NCBI GenBank assembly: GCA_963813485.1
Contig: CAWEZE010000023.1
Span: 52,690-116,689 of the forward strand
DNA: 64,000 bases
Source: an uncultured bacterium
GTDB taxonomy: Bacteria; Actinomycetota; Acidimicrobiia; Acidimicrobiales; VFJN01
Direction: 5' to 3'
Below the pieces are notes generated by a model. The model saw nothing but the letters and a program-made list of their open reading frames with translations. It ran no database searches and had not been told where the DNA came from. The translations under genes and the position numbers were made by a program. Each line of letters begins with the position of its first letter. Position 1 is the stretch's first letter. Positions 1-9,773 of this stretch are shown here, in pieces.

Positions 1-209
1 CAGACGAGTGGGTCGCCGCGTTCGCCGATCGCCTCGGCGTCCCGCCGCCCGACGCCGCCACCGTGGACACCCTGCTGGCGCTCGCCGGCACCGCCGCCCA
101 CGCGTCGGAGAGGACGGCGGCACCGATCGCGTGCTACCTCGTGGGCCGGGCTGGCATCGACGCCGACGAGGCCGGTCGGGTCGCGGAGGAGGTCGCCCCG
201 ACCGCGTGA
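1..209 (+). CDS. 3' end of a DUF6457-like small protein (5' part outside window)
   Basis: Frame 3 reads ...EWVAAFADRLGVPPPDAATVDTLLALAGTAAHASERTAAPIACYLVGRAGIDADEAGRVAEEVAPTA and stops at TGA 207-209. GC3 is high. It is absent from the ORF track because there is no start inside the window. Confidence 0.45.
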   Translation, partial: DEWVAAFADRLGVPPPDAATVDTLLALAGTAAHASERTAAPIACYLVGRAGIDADEAGRVAEEVAPTA

Positions 210-221
210 CCTGGTCGGGGA

Positions 222-1130
222 TCAGCGGAGCGCCGCGACCACGGCGCCGGCACCCGACCGCCAGACGACGCCCGCCTCTTCGAACCCGGCGTCGAGAAGT
301 GCCTGGGCATGCCACGACGACGGTGGATCGAACTCGGCCGGGTGGTTCACCCCACCGAAGCGCGCCCGGCGCTCGGCAACGGCGTCGGCGATGAGGGGAT
401 CGGCGGCCGCGATGTCCCACCAGCCGTCCCAGTCCGGGCGGCCGTCGGCACGCACTCGCTCCTGGCGCCGGGCCTCCACAGCGGCCAGGGCTGCGCCCAG
501 CCGTGGCAGGTCGGGGGCATCCATCTGGTCGGCGTTGGCGACCGCGCCTCCGGGACGAACGATGCCGGCCAAGTCGCGGTAGACGCGCCGGAGCAGGCGC
601 TCCGGGAGCCAGTGCAGCGCGGTGGCCGTGAGCACGGCGTCGACCGGCGTTTCCGGCAGCTGTCCCACCCAAGCGGGATCGGCCAGGTCGGCCCGCACGA
701 AGCGAACCCGCTCGTCGTCGCCCAACGTGGCCCCGGCGATGGTGAGCAGAGCCGGGTCTACGTCGACGGCGATCGAACGGGCCTCGGGGAAGCGTTCGAG
801 CAGTCGCCGGGAGATCGTGCCGGTGCCGCAGGCCAGGTCGAGCACCAGCGGCCGCGGCCCCGCGACGGCCTCCACGACGTCGAGCAGTGCGGTCAGACGC
901 AGCTCGCGGTCGGGCATGTAGCCCTCCTGCTGGCGGTCCCACGATTCCTGCCACGCTTCGCCCCAGGCGCGATCGGCCGTCGCGGCCGTGGCCGCCGGGC
1001 TCACCGAAGGCTCCGGGCGATCTGGCTCGACTCGGGCAGGTGGTCGAGGGGCAGCCGGTCGGAGTGGTTGAACCGCAGGTTGGCCGTCTGCGGCGTTGGT
1101 CGCCGCCAACCCCGGCCGATGAGGTGCCAT
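222..1130 (-). CDS. class I SAM-dependent methyltransferase
   Basis: Track ORF 222..1856 is over-extended. From Met at 1130 (302 aa) it reads WGEAWQESWDRQQEGYMPDRELR...LVLDLACGTGTISRRL (SAM-binding motif). The upstream part is Arg/Gly junk antisense to the CGNR gene. Confidence 0.8.
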   Translation of the reverse strand: MAPHRPGLAATNAADGQPAVQPLRPAAPRPPARVEPDRPEPSVSPAATAATADRAWGEAWQESWDRQQEGYMPDRELRLTALLDVVEAVAGPRPLVLDLACGTGTISRRLLERFPEARSIAVDVDPALLTIAGATLGDDERVRFVRADLADPAWVGQLPETPVDAVLTATALHWLPERLLRRVYRDLAGIVRPGGAVANADQMDAPDLPRLGAALAAVEARRQERVRADGRPDWDGWWDIAAADPLIADAVAERRARFGGVNHPAEFDPPSSWHAQALLDAGFEEAGVVWRSGAGAVVAALR

Positions 1131-1208
1131 CTCACGATCGAGCCTCCTGTGCTGTAAGGTACATGACATCGTTTTGACCCTGACACCTTCGCACACCGCC
1201 GGTAAGGG

Positions 1209-1766
1209 GTGCAAGTGGATTTTGAGTCTTACGCCAACTTCGCCGTCGACCTGGTCTCGTCCGAGCCCGACGAGCTCGACCACGCCGACCCGCTGGCGTC
1301 GCTCGAGGGGCTGCGGGCGTTCCTCGGCACCTGGCCGTGGTTGGCGCGCCGCGCCGAGGCCGGGGACCTGGCGCCGCTCAGTCGCCTGCGCCCCGAGCTC
1401 CGGGCGGTGTTCGACGACGCCGCCGAGGGCCAATCCGCCGCGATGGTCGAACGGATCAACCACCTGCTCGCGCGCCACCGCCCTCAGCCCAGCATCTCCG
1501 GCCACGACGACTTCGACTGGCACCTGCACATCGCCGACGACCGGGGCCCCGTCGCCACCGAGTTCGCCACCGGTGCCGTCATGGGCCTGGCCATGGCCTT
1601 CCTCGACCTGGGTGCCGACCGCTTCGGCTCGTGCGCCGACCCCCGCTGCGGCGGCGTGTTCATCGACACGTCCCGCAACCGCTCGCGCCGCTACTGCTCC
1701 GACCGCTGCGCCAGCCGTGCGAACGTGGCGGCTCACCGCGAGCGCCAGCGGTCCGGCACCAGCTGA
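1209..1766 (+). CDS. CGNR zinc-finger domain protein
   Basis: 185 aa, GTG start. The C-terminal CADPRCGGVFIDTSRNRSRRYCSDRCASRANVAAHRER is the CGNR zinc-finger signature. It is divergent from the methyltransferase. Confidence 0.85.
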   Translation: MQVDFESYANFAVDLVSSEPDELDHADPLASLEGLRAFLGTWPWLARRAEAGDLAPLSRLRPELRAVFDDAAEGQSAAMVERINHLLARHRPQPSISGHDDFDWHLHIADDRGPVATEFATGAVMGLAMAFLDLGADRFGSCADPRCGGVFIDTSRNRSRRYCSDRCASRANVAAHRERQRSGTS

Positions 1767-1804
1767 CGACGGCCGCGACTGGTGATTTCGGCGCCCAGCG
1801 CCGC

Positions 1805-2851
1805 ATGATGGCGGCGATGCCCCCGACCCCCGGCGGGTCACGACCCGGCGCTGCAACCGCTTCGGCTCCTGCCCCCGCGGTCGACGTCGAGCACCTCGTG
1901 AAGCGGTTCGGCGACTTCACGGCCGTGGACGACGTGTCGTTCGCGGTGGCGCCGGGCGAGCTGTTCGGGTTCCTGGGCCCCAACGGCGCGGGCAAGACCA
2001 CGACCATCTCGATGCTCTGCACGCTGCTGTCGGCCAGTGCCGGGCGGGCCAGGGTCGATGGCTACGACATCACGACGCAGCGTGACGAGGTGCGGGCCAG
2101 CATCGGGCTCGTCTTCCAGGAACTGACCCTCGACGACTACCTCACCGCCGAGGAGAACCTCCGCTTCCACGCCGTGATGTACGGCGTGCCCCGCAGCCAG
2201 GTGGCCGAGCGCATGGCGCCGCTGCTCGACATGGTCGGGCTCACCGAGCGCAAGGCCCAGCAGGTGCGCTTCTTCTCGGGCGGGATGAAGCGGCGGCTCG
2301 AGATCGCCCGGGGACTGATCCACGCCCCGCGGGTGCTGTTCCTCGACGAGCCCACGATCGGCCTCGATCCCCAGACCCGGGCGCACATCTGGGCCTACGT
2401 GGACGAGCTGCGGTGCCGCGAGTCGACCACGATGTTCCTGACGACCCACTACATGGACGAGGCCGAGCGCTGCGACCGGATCGCCATCATCGACCAGGGT
2501 CGCATCGTGGCCATCGACACGCCCGACGCCCTCAAGGCCGCCGTGGGCGCCGACACCGTCACCTTCGCCACCGCCGACGACGCCCTCGCGGCCCGCCAGC
2601 TGCACGACGCCTTCGGCGCCGAGGTCATGGGCCAGAACGGCGGCCTGGTGGTGCGTGTGCCCGACGGCGAAGGGTTCGTGCCCAGAGCGTTCGGCGTGCT
2701 GACGGTCGGGGTGCAGAGCGTCAGCGTGCGCCGCCCCAGCCTCGACGACGTGTTCATCAAGTACACCGGCCGGGCGATCCGCGACGCCGAGGCGGGCGCG
2801 GGCGATCAGCTCAAGATGAACCCGATGGTCCGCGGGTTCCGGAGGGGTTGA
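1805..2851 (+). CDS. ABC transporter ATP-binding protein (DrrA-like)
   Basis: ATG 1805 lies inside track ORF 1337..2851. Motifs: Walker A GPNGAGKTT, signature FSGGMKRRLEIA, Walker B VLFLDEPT. The stop TGA 2849-2851 overlaps the next ATG. Confidence 0.9.
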   Translation: MMAAMPPTPGGSRPGAATASAPAPAVDVEHLVKRFGDFTAVDDVSFAVAPGELFGFLGPNGAGKTTTISMLCTLLSASAGRARVDGYDITTQRDEVRASIGLVFQELTLDDYLTAEENLRFHAVMYGVPRSQVAERMAPLLDMVGLTERKAQQVRFFSGGMKRRLEIARGLIHAPRVLFLDEPTIGLDPQTRAHIWAYVDELRCRESTTMFLTTHYMDEAERCDRIAIIDQGRIVAIDTPDALKAAVGADTVTFATADDALAARQLHDAFGAEVMGQNGGLVVRVPDGEGFVPRAFGVLTVGVQSVSVRRPSLDDVFIKYTGRAIRDAEAGAGDQLKMNPMVRGFRRG

Positions 2852-3720
2852 TGGTGGGGCCGACAGCCGGGCACACACCCCTCGACGCCCCGCCGACCCC
2901 GGTGCGCTCGGGCGCCATCGCCCGCCGGCAGGCCACGCTGACCCGCAACGGTCGGACCATCGGCATGGTGTGGCAGCGCGAGCTGATCCGGCTGCGGCGT
3001 ACGCCCACCCGCATCATCACCGGTCTGGCCCAGCCCATCATCTTCCTGTTCATCCTGGGAGCGGGCCTGGGCAGCCTCATCCAGCAGGACGTGCCCGGGG
3101 GGTTCGACTATCAGCAGTTCCTGTTCCCCGGGATCCTCTCCATGTCGATCATCACGTCGGCGCTGTTCTCGGCGGTGTCGATCGTGTGGGACCGCGAGTT
3201 CGGCTTCATGCGCGAGATGCTGGTCGCCCCCGTGTCCCGCACGTCCATCGTGCTGGGCAAGGCCCTCGGCGGTGGGACGGTGGCGGTCGTCCAGGGCCTG
3301 ATCCTGGTCGTCGCCGCGCCGATCGTCGGCGTGGACCTCACGGTGGGCCGGCTGCTCCTGCTGATCGTCTCGCTGCTCCTCCTCGCCTACGCCATGACCG
3401 CGTTCGGCATCGTGTTGGCGACGCGCATCGAGCGCATGGAGAGCTTCCAGATGGTCATGACGCTGGTCCTGCAGCCGATGATCTTCCTGTCCGGCGCCGT
3501 GTTCCCGCTGCAGAACCTGCCCACCTGGCTGGCGATCATCACCCACCTCAACCCCGCCACCTACGCCGTCGACCTGGTGCGCCGGTCGGTGCTACCGGGC
3601 GCCCCGGGTGTCGAGATCGCCGGCTGGGTGGTGCCGATGTGGGCGGAGGCGCTGCTGGTGCTGGCGATCGGGACCGGTCTGCTCGCCCTGGCGGTGCGCC
3701 TGTTCAACAGGACCGACTGA
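2851..3720 (+). CDS. ABC-2 type transporter permease
   Basis: ATG 2851 lies inside track ORF 2413..3720. It has multiple hydrophobic helices (IIFLFILGAGLG, FPGILSMSIITSALF, LLLLIVSLLLLAYAMTAFGIVLA). It is translationally coupled to the ATPase. Confidence 0.9.
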   Translation: MVGPTAGHTPLDAPPTPVRSGAIARRQATLTRNGRTIGMVWQRELIRLRRTPTRIITGLAQPIIFLFILGAGLGSLIQQDVPGGFDYQQFLFPGILSMSIITSALFSAVSIVWDREFGFMREMLVAPVSRTSIVLGKALGGGTVAVVQGLILVVAAPIVGVDLTVGRLLLLIVSLLLLAYAMTAFGIVLATRIERMESFQMVMTLVLQPMIFLSGAVFPLQNLPTWLAIITHLNPATYAVDLVRRSVLPGAPGVEIAGWVVPMWAEALLVLAIGTGLLALAVRLFNRTD

Positions 3721-3747
3721 ACCCGCCGAGGGACGGGCGCTCGGCTG

Positions 3748-4173
3748 CTACCCCTCGTCGCTGAACCTCTGGACCTGGCTGACCCGGCAGTCGAAGCGCG
3801 CCGGTGACGGCGTGAGCGTGCCGGCCTCCTGCTGCGTCGCCTGGCCGGGCTCGAGGTCGTTGACGAAGATCGATCGTGCGGCGAGCTGGCGGGACCCGTC
3901 GGCGCTTTCGAACACGATGTCGATCACGTAGTTGCTGCGCTTGGACGAGTGGTTGGTGACCCTGACCGTCGAGGCCATGAGCCCGGCGTCGGTCGGCAGG
4001 CAGTCCGTCAGCTCGACGTCCGCCGCCTCGCGCCGCCGCGCCTCGTCCGCCGAGTCGGACGCCCGGGCCAGCAGGGCGGCCGCCAGGAGGACCAGCAACA
4101 CGGTCAGGCCGGCGACGATTGCAATCGCCACGAGGCACCCGCTGGCCACGCCCGCGGCTGCGGGGCTCCCCAA
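3748..4173 (-). CDS. membrane-anchored hypothetical protein
   Basis: 141 aa, TTG start. It has an N-terminal TM helix GCLVAIAIVAGLTVLLVLLAAALLA followed by a soluble domain. I recognise no family. Confidence 0.5.
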   Translation of the reverse strand: MGSPAAAGVASGCLVAIAIVAGLTVLLVLLAAALLARASDSADEARRREAADVELTDCLPTDAGLMASTVRVTNHSSKRSNYVIDIVFESADGSRQLAARSIFVNDLEPGQATQQEAGTLTPSPARFDCRVSQVQRFSDEG

Positions 4174-4387
4174 GCCGGCGGCGCCGGCATCGGCGCCGCC
4201 GGCGGGTACGGCGGGTACGGCACCGTGTCGTCGACCGGCGGCGGCGACACCGGCGCCGGGACCGTCAGCTCGAGCGTCGGGTCGTCACCCGGCCGATCCG
4301 TCGCCATCCAGACCCCCCAGCTCCCCCGCTTGGCGGAAGGTTACGCCCGGACCCCGCCCCCGTTCCCACCGTTCGGCCGGCGGCGCG

Positions 4388-6529
4388 TCATCCGCCCTCC
4401 GGCTCGATCAGGCGCAGCAGCACCACCGAGCGCTCGGTGACCACCGACTCGCCCCGCAGCTCGCTATCGCCGTTGCCGTTCCCGTTGCCGTCCACCGGCG
4501 GCTCACCCGAAGCGGTGTCGAGCACCAGGCGCCAGGCCTCGCCCCACGTGCCGCTGATGGTCCACTTGCGAGGCTCGGGCGACGCGTTGAGCAGGAGCAG
4601 GAACGAGTCGTCCACCACGCGCTCGCCCCGGGGCCCCGGGTTGGTGATGCCCTCGCCGTTGAAGAACATGCCCACGCACGCCTCGTTGCCCCACCGCCAG
4701 TCGTCGTCGGTCATCTCGCTGCCGTCGGGCTTGAGCCAGGCGATGTCGACGCTGCCCCGCAACGGTCGGCCCTGGAACCAGCGCCGGCGGCGGAACACCG
4801 GGTGGGCCCGGCGCAGCCCGATGAGGCCGGTGGTGAAGGCGTGGAGGCCGTCATCGGTGCGGCCCCAGTCGAACCACGATGTCTCGTTGTCCTGGCAATA
4901 GGCGTTGTTGTTGCCGCCCTGCGTGCGCCCGACCTCGTCGCCGTACAGCACCATCGGCACGCCCTGTGAGAGCAGCAGCGTGGCGAGCAGGTTGCGCTGC
5001 TGGCGGGCGCGCAGCGCCAGCACCTCGGGATCGTCGGTCGGCCCCTCGACCCCGCAGTTCCACGAGCGGTTGTAGTTCTCGCCGTCGTGGTTGTCCTCGA
5101 GGTTGGCCTCGTTGTGCTTCTCGTTGTAGGAGACCAGGTCGCGCAGCGTGAAGCCGTCGTGGGCGGTGACGAAGTTGACGCTGGCGGATGGTCGGCGCGA
5201 GTCACCCTGATAGAGGTCGGAGCTGCCGGTGAGCCGCGACGCCAGCTCGCCGAGCACGGCGGGAGCACCCCGCCACACGTCCCGCACCGTGTCGCGATAG
5301 CGCCCGTTCCACTCCGACCACTGGGGCGGGAAGTTGCCGACCTGGTAGCCGCCCTGGCCCAGGTCCCAGGGCTCGGCGATGAGCTTGACCTGGCTGACCA
5401 CCGGATCCTGCTGCACCAGGTCGAAGAACGCCGACAGGCGCTCGACCTCGTGGAACTGGCGTGCCAGCGTGGCCGCCAGGTCGAAGCGGAAGCCGTCGAC
5501 GTGCATCTCGAGGACCCAGTAGCGCAGGCTGTCCATGATCAGCTGCAGCGTGTGCGGGTGGGCCATGTTGAGGCTGTTCCCGGTGCCGGTGGTGTCGTAG
5601 TAGTGGGCCCGGTCGTCGGGCACGAGCCGGTAGTAGGCGGCGTTGTCGATGCCCTTGAACGACAGGATCGGCCCCAGGTGGTTGCCCTCGGCCGTGTGGT
5701 TGTAGACGACGTCGAGGATCACCTCGATGCCGGCCTCGTGGAGCGACCGCACCATCGCCTTGAACTCGGGGACCTGGGAGCCGTTGCTGCCCGCGCTGGA
5801 GTACTCGTCGTGGGGGGCGAAGAACCCGATGGAGTTGTAGCCCCAGTAGTTGCGTAGGCCCCGCTCGACCAGCCGGGCATCGTGGACGAACTGGTGGACC
5901 GGCTGGAGCTCGACGGCGGTGACACCGAGGGATGTGAGGTAGTCGACGGCGACCGGGTGAGCGAGGCCGGCGTAGGTGCCGCGCCGCGGCTCGGGGATGT
6001 CCGGGTGCGTGACCGTGAACCCCTTGACGTGCAGCTCGTAGATCACCGACTCGTGCAGCGGCGTGTCAGGCGGGCGGTCGGCGCCCCAGTCGAAGAAGGG
6101 GTTGACCACCACCGCCTTGGGGACGTGGGACGCGCTGTCCTGGTCGTTGCGTATGGAGGCATCGCCGCCCGACGCGACGTCGTAGGGGAAGCAGGCGGGG
6201 TCCCAGTCGACGCCGCCGTCCACGGCCTTGGCGTACGGGTCGAGCAGCAGCTTGTTGGGATTGCAGCGCTGGCCACGGCTGGGGTCCCACGGTCCGTGCA
6301 CGCGGAAGCCGTAGCGCTGCCCGGCGCCGACGCGGGGTAGGTACGTGTGCCAGCAGAACCCGTCGACCTCGCTGAGGGCGAGGCGCCGTTCGCCGCCCTC
6401 GGCATCGAACAGGCACAGCTCGACCGCCTCGGCCACCTCGGAGAACAGCGAGAAATTGGTGCCGGTGCCGTCGTAGGTGGCCCCCAGCGGGTAGGGCCGC
6501 CCTGGCCAGGTCTCGATATCGGTCACCAC
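4388..6529 (-). CDS. glgX: glycogen debranching enzyme GlgX (GH13)
   Basis: 713 aa. It reads [31 protein letters not shown]... and carries [14 protein letters not shown] and [16 protein letters not shown], which are typical of GlgX. Confidence 0.95.
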   Translation of the reverse strand: MVTDIETWPGRPYPLGATYDGTGTNFSLFSEVAEAVELCLFDAEGGERRLALSEVDGFCWHTYLPRVGAGQRYGFRVHGPWDPSRGQRCNPNKLLLDPYAKAVDGGVDWDPACFPYDVASGGDASIRNDQDSASHVPKAVVVNPFFDWGADRPPDTPLHESVIYELHVKGFTVTHPDIPEPRRGTYAGLAHPVAVDYLTSLGVTAVELQPVHQFVHDARLVERGLRNYWGYNSIGFFAPHDEYSSAGSNGSQVPEFKAMVRSLHEAGIEVILDVVYNHTAEGNHLGPILSFKGIDNAAYYRLVPDDRAHYYDTTGTGNSLNMAHPHTLQLIMDSLRYWVLEMHVDGFRFDLAATLARQFHEVERLSAFFDLVQQDPVVSQVKLIAEPWDLGQGGYQVGNFPPQWSEWNGRYRDTVRDVWRGAPAVLGELASRLTGSSDLYQGDSRRPSASVNFVTAHDGFTLRDLVSYNEKHNEANLEDNHDGENYNRSWNCGVEGPTDDPEVLALRARQQRNLLATLLLSQGVPMVLYGDEVGRTQGGNNNAYCQDNETSWFDWGRTDDGLHAFTTGLIGLRRAHPVFRRRRWFQGRPLRGSVDIAWLKPDGSEMTDDDWRWGNEACVGMFFNGEGITNPGPRGERVVDDSFLLLLNASPEPRKWTISGTWGEAWRLVLDTASGEPPVDGNGNGNGDSELRGESVVTERSVVLLRLIEPEGG

Positions 6530-6651
6530 ACGTGCTCCCTGGTCTGGGGCCGGAGGAGGGGCGCCACACCCGAAAGGGAAAGGTTAGAGGCACGGCCACG
6601 AGCCCCGGCGCCCGTACCGCCGGTGGCCGGGGGTGTCGGGGTGGGGAGAGG

Positions 6652-7095
6652 TCAGCGGCAGTTGGCGCAAGTGCCCACGAGGTCGAGGCGGTGGTGGTCG
6701 GCGTCGAACCCGTGCTGGGCGGCGACCCGCTGGAGCGCGCTGTCCAGGTCGCTCTCGATGCTCGCGGGCGCCGTGAAGTCCTGGACCTCGCCGCACCGGG
6801 AGCAGATGAGGTGGTGATGGTGGTGCCGGGTGAGATCCTCGGCCAGCTCGTAGCGGGAGAATTCGTCGCTGCCGACGATCCGGTGCACCACGCCGGCCTG
6901 CTCGAGCACGGCCAGGTTCCGGTACGCCGACGACTGGGCCAGGGCCCGGTCCCGTGCCAGCAACTGAGGGATCGACAGCGGCGCCTCGGCCGAGGCGAGG
7001 ACCCCCACCAACGTCCGGCGGGCACGCGTATACCGCTGGTCGAGGCGCCGCAGGCGGGCCGCCGCCTCGTCGTTCAGATCGGGCGCCGGGGTCAT
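6652..7095 (-). CDS. zur: Fur-family metalloregulator, Zur-like
   Basis: 147 aa with a winged-helix N-terminus plus HHHHHLICSRCG...CANC metal sites. It has a 4-nt overlap with the upstream metal ABC ATPase gene. Confidence 0.75.
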   Translation of the reverse strand: MTPAPDLNDEAAARLRRLDQRYTRARRTLVGVLASAEAPLSIPQLLARDRALAQSSAYRNLAVLEQAGVVHRIVGSDEFSRYELAEDLTRHHHHHLICSRCGEVQDFTAPASIESDLDSALQRVAAQHGFDADHHRLDLVGTCANCR

Positions 7096-7880
7096 GGTCC
7101 GAGCCTAAACGCCGCCTCCGCGTGGTCGTCGTGGTGCGGATCGTCGATGATCACCGCACCCTCCGGCAGCATCAGCAGCCGGCCGCCGTAGGCAGCGGCG
7201 AGGTTGTGGTCGGTCAGCACGGCGTCGGGTGGACCGCATGCGATCAGCCGGTTGGCAAGGAGCATCACCAGGTCAGCCTGGCGGGCGTCGCCGAGATCGT
7301 GGGTCGACAGGACCACGGTGCGGCCGGCGTCCCGCTCGGCGGCCACCGCTTCGAGAATGAGCCGCCGCGACACGACGTCGAGCGCCGTCACCGGCTCGTC
7401 GAGCAACAGCAGGTCCGACCCCTGGGCGAGGCCCTGGGCCACCAGGACCCGCTGGCGCTGGCCGCCGGACAGCTCGTGGAGCTGGCGCCCGCCCAGGTCG
7501 GCGATGGCGAGCCGCTCCATGGCCCGATCCACCGCGGCGTGATCGGTCCTGTCGAGGCGACGCACCGGGCCCCGGCTGGCGTAGCGCGCCATCGTCACGG
7601 TCTCCCGCGCGGTGATGGGCACCGACCGGTCGACGTCGGTGGTCTGCAGCACGAGGGCCACCCGGGCTCGGGTCTGCCGGGCGGGCACGTCGAGCCGGCC
7701 GGACCGGGGTGGCAGCAGCCCGGCGATTGCCCGCAGCAGGGTCGACTTGCCCGATCCGTTGGGGCCGATGAGCGCGACCGACGTGCCCGGCGGGACGGCG
7801 AAGGTGCTCGGCGCGAGCGCCAACCGGTGCCCGTAGGCGAGCACCAGCTCGTCGGCGGCGACGGCGGGAGGAAACGGCAT
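7092..7880 (-). CDS. metal (Zn/Mn-type) ABC transporter ATP-binding protein, ZnuC-like
   Basis: ATG 7880 lies inside track ORF 7092..7946. Motifs: GPNGSGKST, LSGGQRQR, LLLLDEP. Confidence 0.85.
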   Translation of the reverse strand: MPFPPAVAADELVLAYGHRLALAPSTFAVPPGTSVALIGPNGSGKSTLLRAIAGLLPPRSGRLDVPARQTRARVALVLQTTDVDRSVPITARETVTMARYASRGPVRRLDRTDHAAVDRAMERLAIADLGGRQLHELSGGQRQRVLVAQGLAQGSDLLLLDEPVTALDVVSRRLILEAVAAERDAGRTVVLSTHDLGDARQADLVMLLANRLIACGPPDAVLTDHNLAAAYGGRLLMLPEGAVIIDDPHHDDHAEAAFRLGP

Positions 7881-7906
7881 ATGGCGAGGTTCCCTTGCTA
7901 ATCGGG

Positions 7907-7919
7907 AATGAGTCTCGTT
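7907..7919. promoter_or_regulatory. weak candidate Zur box in the divergent znuC / znuA promoter region
   Basis: This is the AT-richest patch of the 113-bp intergenic region. AATGAGTCTCGTT only loosely resembles the AATGAnnnTCATT-type actinobacterial Zur-box core. Confidence 0.25.
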
Positions 7920-7993
7920 AGATTCCAAACCTAGATCAAGATCCATTCTCAGTTACGCCGATCCTATCGGCCCGCTACCCGACGAGGTCCCAC

Positions 7994-8914
7994 GTGCGCC
8001 GCATGCCAGTCGCAGCCGTTGCCCTCCCGCTCCTTGCCCTCGCGCTGGCCGCCTGCGGCGACAATGACGGCGCCGCCGGTGCGTCCGGCGACCGTCCGCA
8101 GGTGGTCGTGACGACCAACGTGCTCGGGGACGTGGTGTCCGACCTGGTGGGCGACGAGGCCGCAGTCGAGGTGATCATGCCCCCGGGGACGGCGCCCCAC
8201 GAGTTCCAGGCGTCCGCCCAGCAGGTCGCCACCATGCGAGGCGCCGACGTGCTGGTCACCAACGGCGCCGGATTCGAGGAGGGATTGACCGAGGTGATCG
8301 AGGCCGCCGAGCAGGACGGCGTCCCGACGTTCGCCGCCATCGACGCCGTCGACACCCTGGACCTGGAGGGGGACGGGGGCACGGACCCTCACTTCTTCAC
8401 CGACCCGGCGCGCATGGCCACCGCCGCCCGGGGCATCGCCGACTTCCTGGTGGACGAGGTGCCCGGTCTAGACACGCCGGCGTTCGCGAGCCAGGTCCGG
8501 GCCACGATCGACGAGCTGCATGCCCTCGACGGCGAGGTCGAGCAGACCCTGTCCGCCGTGCCCCCCGGCCGGCGCACGCTGGTCACGAACCACGAGGTGT
8601 TCGGATACTTCGCAGATCGCTACGGGTTCGACGTCGTCGGCGCGGTCATCCCCGCGGGCACCACCCAGGCCGAACCCAATGCCGCCCAGCTCGACGAGCT
8701 GGCCCACACGATCGAGGAGCAGGGCGTGCCCGCCATCTTCGTCGAGACCTCGTCGCCCACCCGATTGGCCGACGCACTCGCCGACGAGGTCGGAGACGTC
8801 GACGTCGTCGAGCTGTTCAGTGAATCCCTGGGCGACGAGGGCTCCGGTGGTGAGACCTACGCCGACATGATGCGCACGAACGCCGGGCGCATCGCTGGGG
8901 CTCTGGCGGCCTGA
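7994..8914 (+). CDS. metal ABC transporter substrate-binding lipoprotein (ZnuA/TroA-like)
   Basis: 306 aa, GTG start. It has a lipoprotein signal MRRMPVAAVALPLLALALAAC and looks like a cluster-9 solute-binding protein. Confidence 0.9.
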   Translation: MRRMPVAAVALPLLALALAACGDNDGAAGASGDRPQVVVTTNVLGDVVSDLVGDEAAVEVIMPPGTAPHEFQASAQQVATMRGADVLVTNGAGFEEGLTEVIEAAEQDGVPTFAAIDAVDTLDLEGDGGTDPHFFTDPARMATAARGIADFLVDEVPGLDTPAFASQVRATIDELHALDGEVEQTLSAVPPGRRTLVTNHEVFGYFADRYGFDVVGAVIPAGTTQAEPNAAQLDELAHTIEEQGVPAIFVETSSPTRLADALADEVGDVDVVELFSESLGDEGSGGETYADMMRTNAGRIAGALAA

Positions 8915-8915
8915 A

Positions 8916-9764
8916 GTGATCGCCTGGTTCATCGACGCCTTCGAGCCGACCTTCATGCAGCGGGCGCTGCTGGCCGGCGTCCTGGCCAGCAGCGCGACGG
9001 CGGTGGTCGGCACCTGGGTGGTGCTCCGGGGGCTCACGTTCCTGGGCGACGCCCTGGCCCACGGCGTGGTGCCCGGGCTGGCGCTGGCGGTGCTCTGGGG
9101 GTTCAGTCCCACACTTGGCGCCCTGGTGGCGGCCCTGCTGATGAGCGGGGCGGTGACGCTGGTGTCGCACCGCACCCGGGTACGCGAGGACACCGGGATC
9201 GGCCTCCTGTTCGTCGGGATGCTCGCCCTCGGCGTGGTGATCATCTCCCGGTCGCAGAGCTTCGCCACAGACGTGACCTCGCTGCTGTTCGGCGACGTCC
9301 TGGGCGTGACCCCGGGCGACCTGCGGGGCCAGGCCATAGCGGCGACGCTGGTGGTGGCGGTCTCCGTCGCCCTCTACCGGCCCTTCATGGCGCTGACGTT
9401 CAACGCCGACAAGGCCGCCACCCTGGGAATGCGACCGGTGGTCACGCACGCGGCGCTGATGGTGTTGCTGGCGGTATCGATCGTGGCGTCCTTCGACGCC
9501 ATTGGCACCCTGCTCGTCTTCGGGTTGTTGATCGGCCCGCCCGCCACCGCCGGGCTGCTGGTCCGCCGGGTCCCCAGCATCATGGTGACGGCAGCGGCCC
9601 TCGGCGCCCTGGCGGTGGTGCTGGGCCTGGTCATCAGCTTCCACCACGGGACTGCGGGCGGCGCGACCATCGCCGGCCTGGCGGTGGGCCAGTTCTTCGT
9701 GGTCCTGGCCATACAGGAAGCCCGTCGGGCGCTGCGCCAGCGGGCCCGGCGGCTGGCCACCTGA
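8916..9764 (+). CDS. metal ABC transporter permease (ZnuB-like, ABC-3 family)
   Basis: 282 aa and highly hydrophobic. It starts 2 nt after the binding-protein stop. Confidence 0.9.
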   Translation: MIAWFIDAFEPTFMQRALLAGVLASSATAVVGTWVVLRGLTFLGDALAHGVVPGLALAVLWGFSPTLGALVAALLMSGAVTLVSHRTRVREDTGIGLLFVGMLALGVVIISRSQSFATDVTSLLFGDVLGVTPGDLRGQAIAATLVVAVSVALYRPFMALTFNADKAATLGMRPVVTHAALMVLLAVSIVASFDAIGTLLVFGLLIGPPATAGLLVRRVPSIMVTAAALGALAVVLGLVISFHHGTAGGATIAGLAVGQFFVVLAIQEARRALRQRARRLAT

Positions 9765-9773
9765 GCCAGGTGG

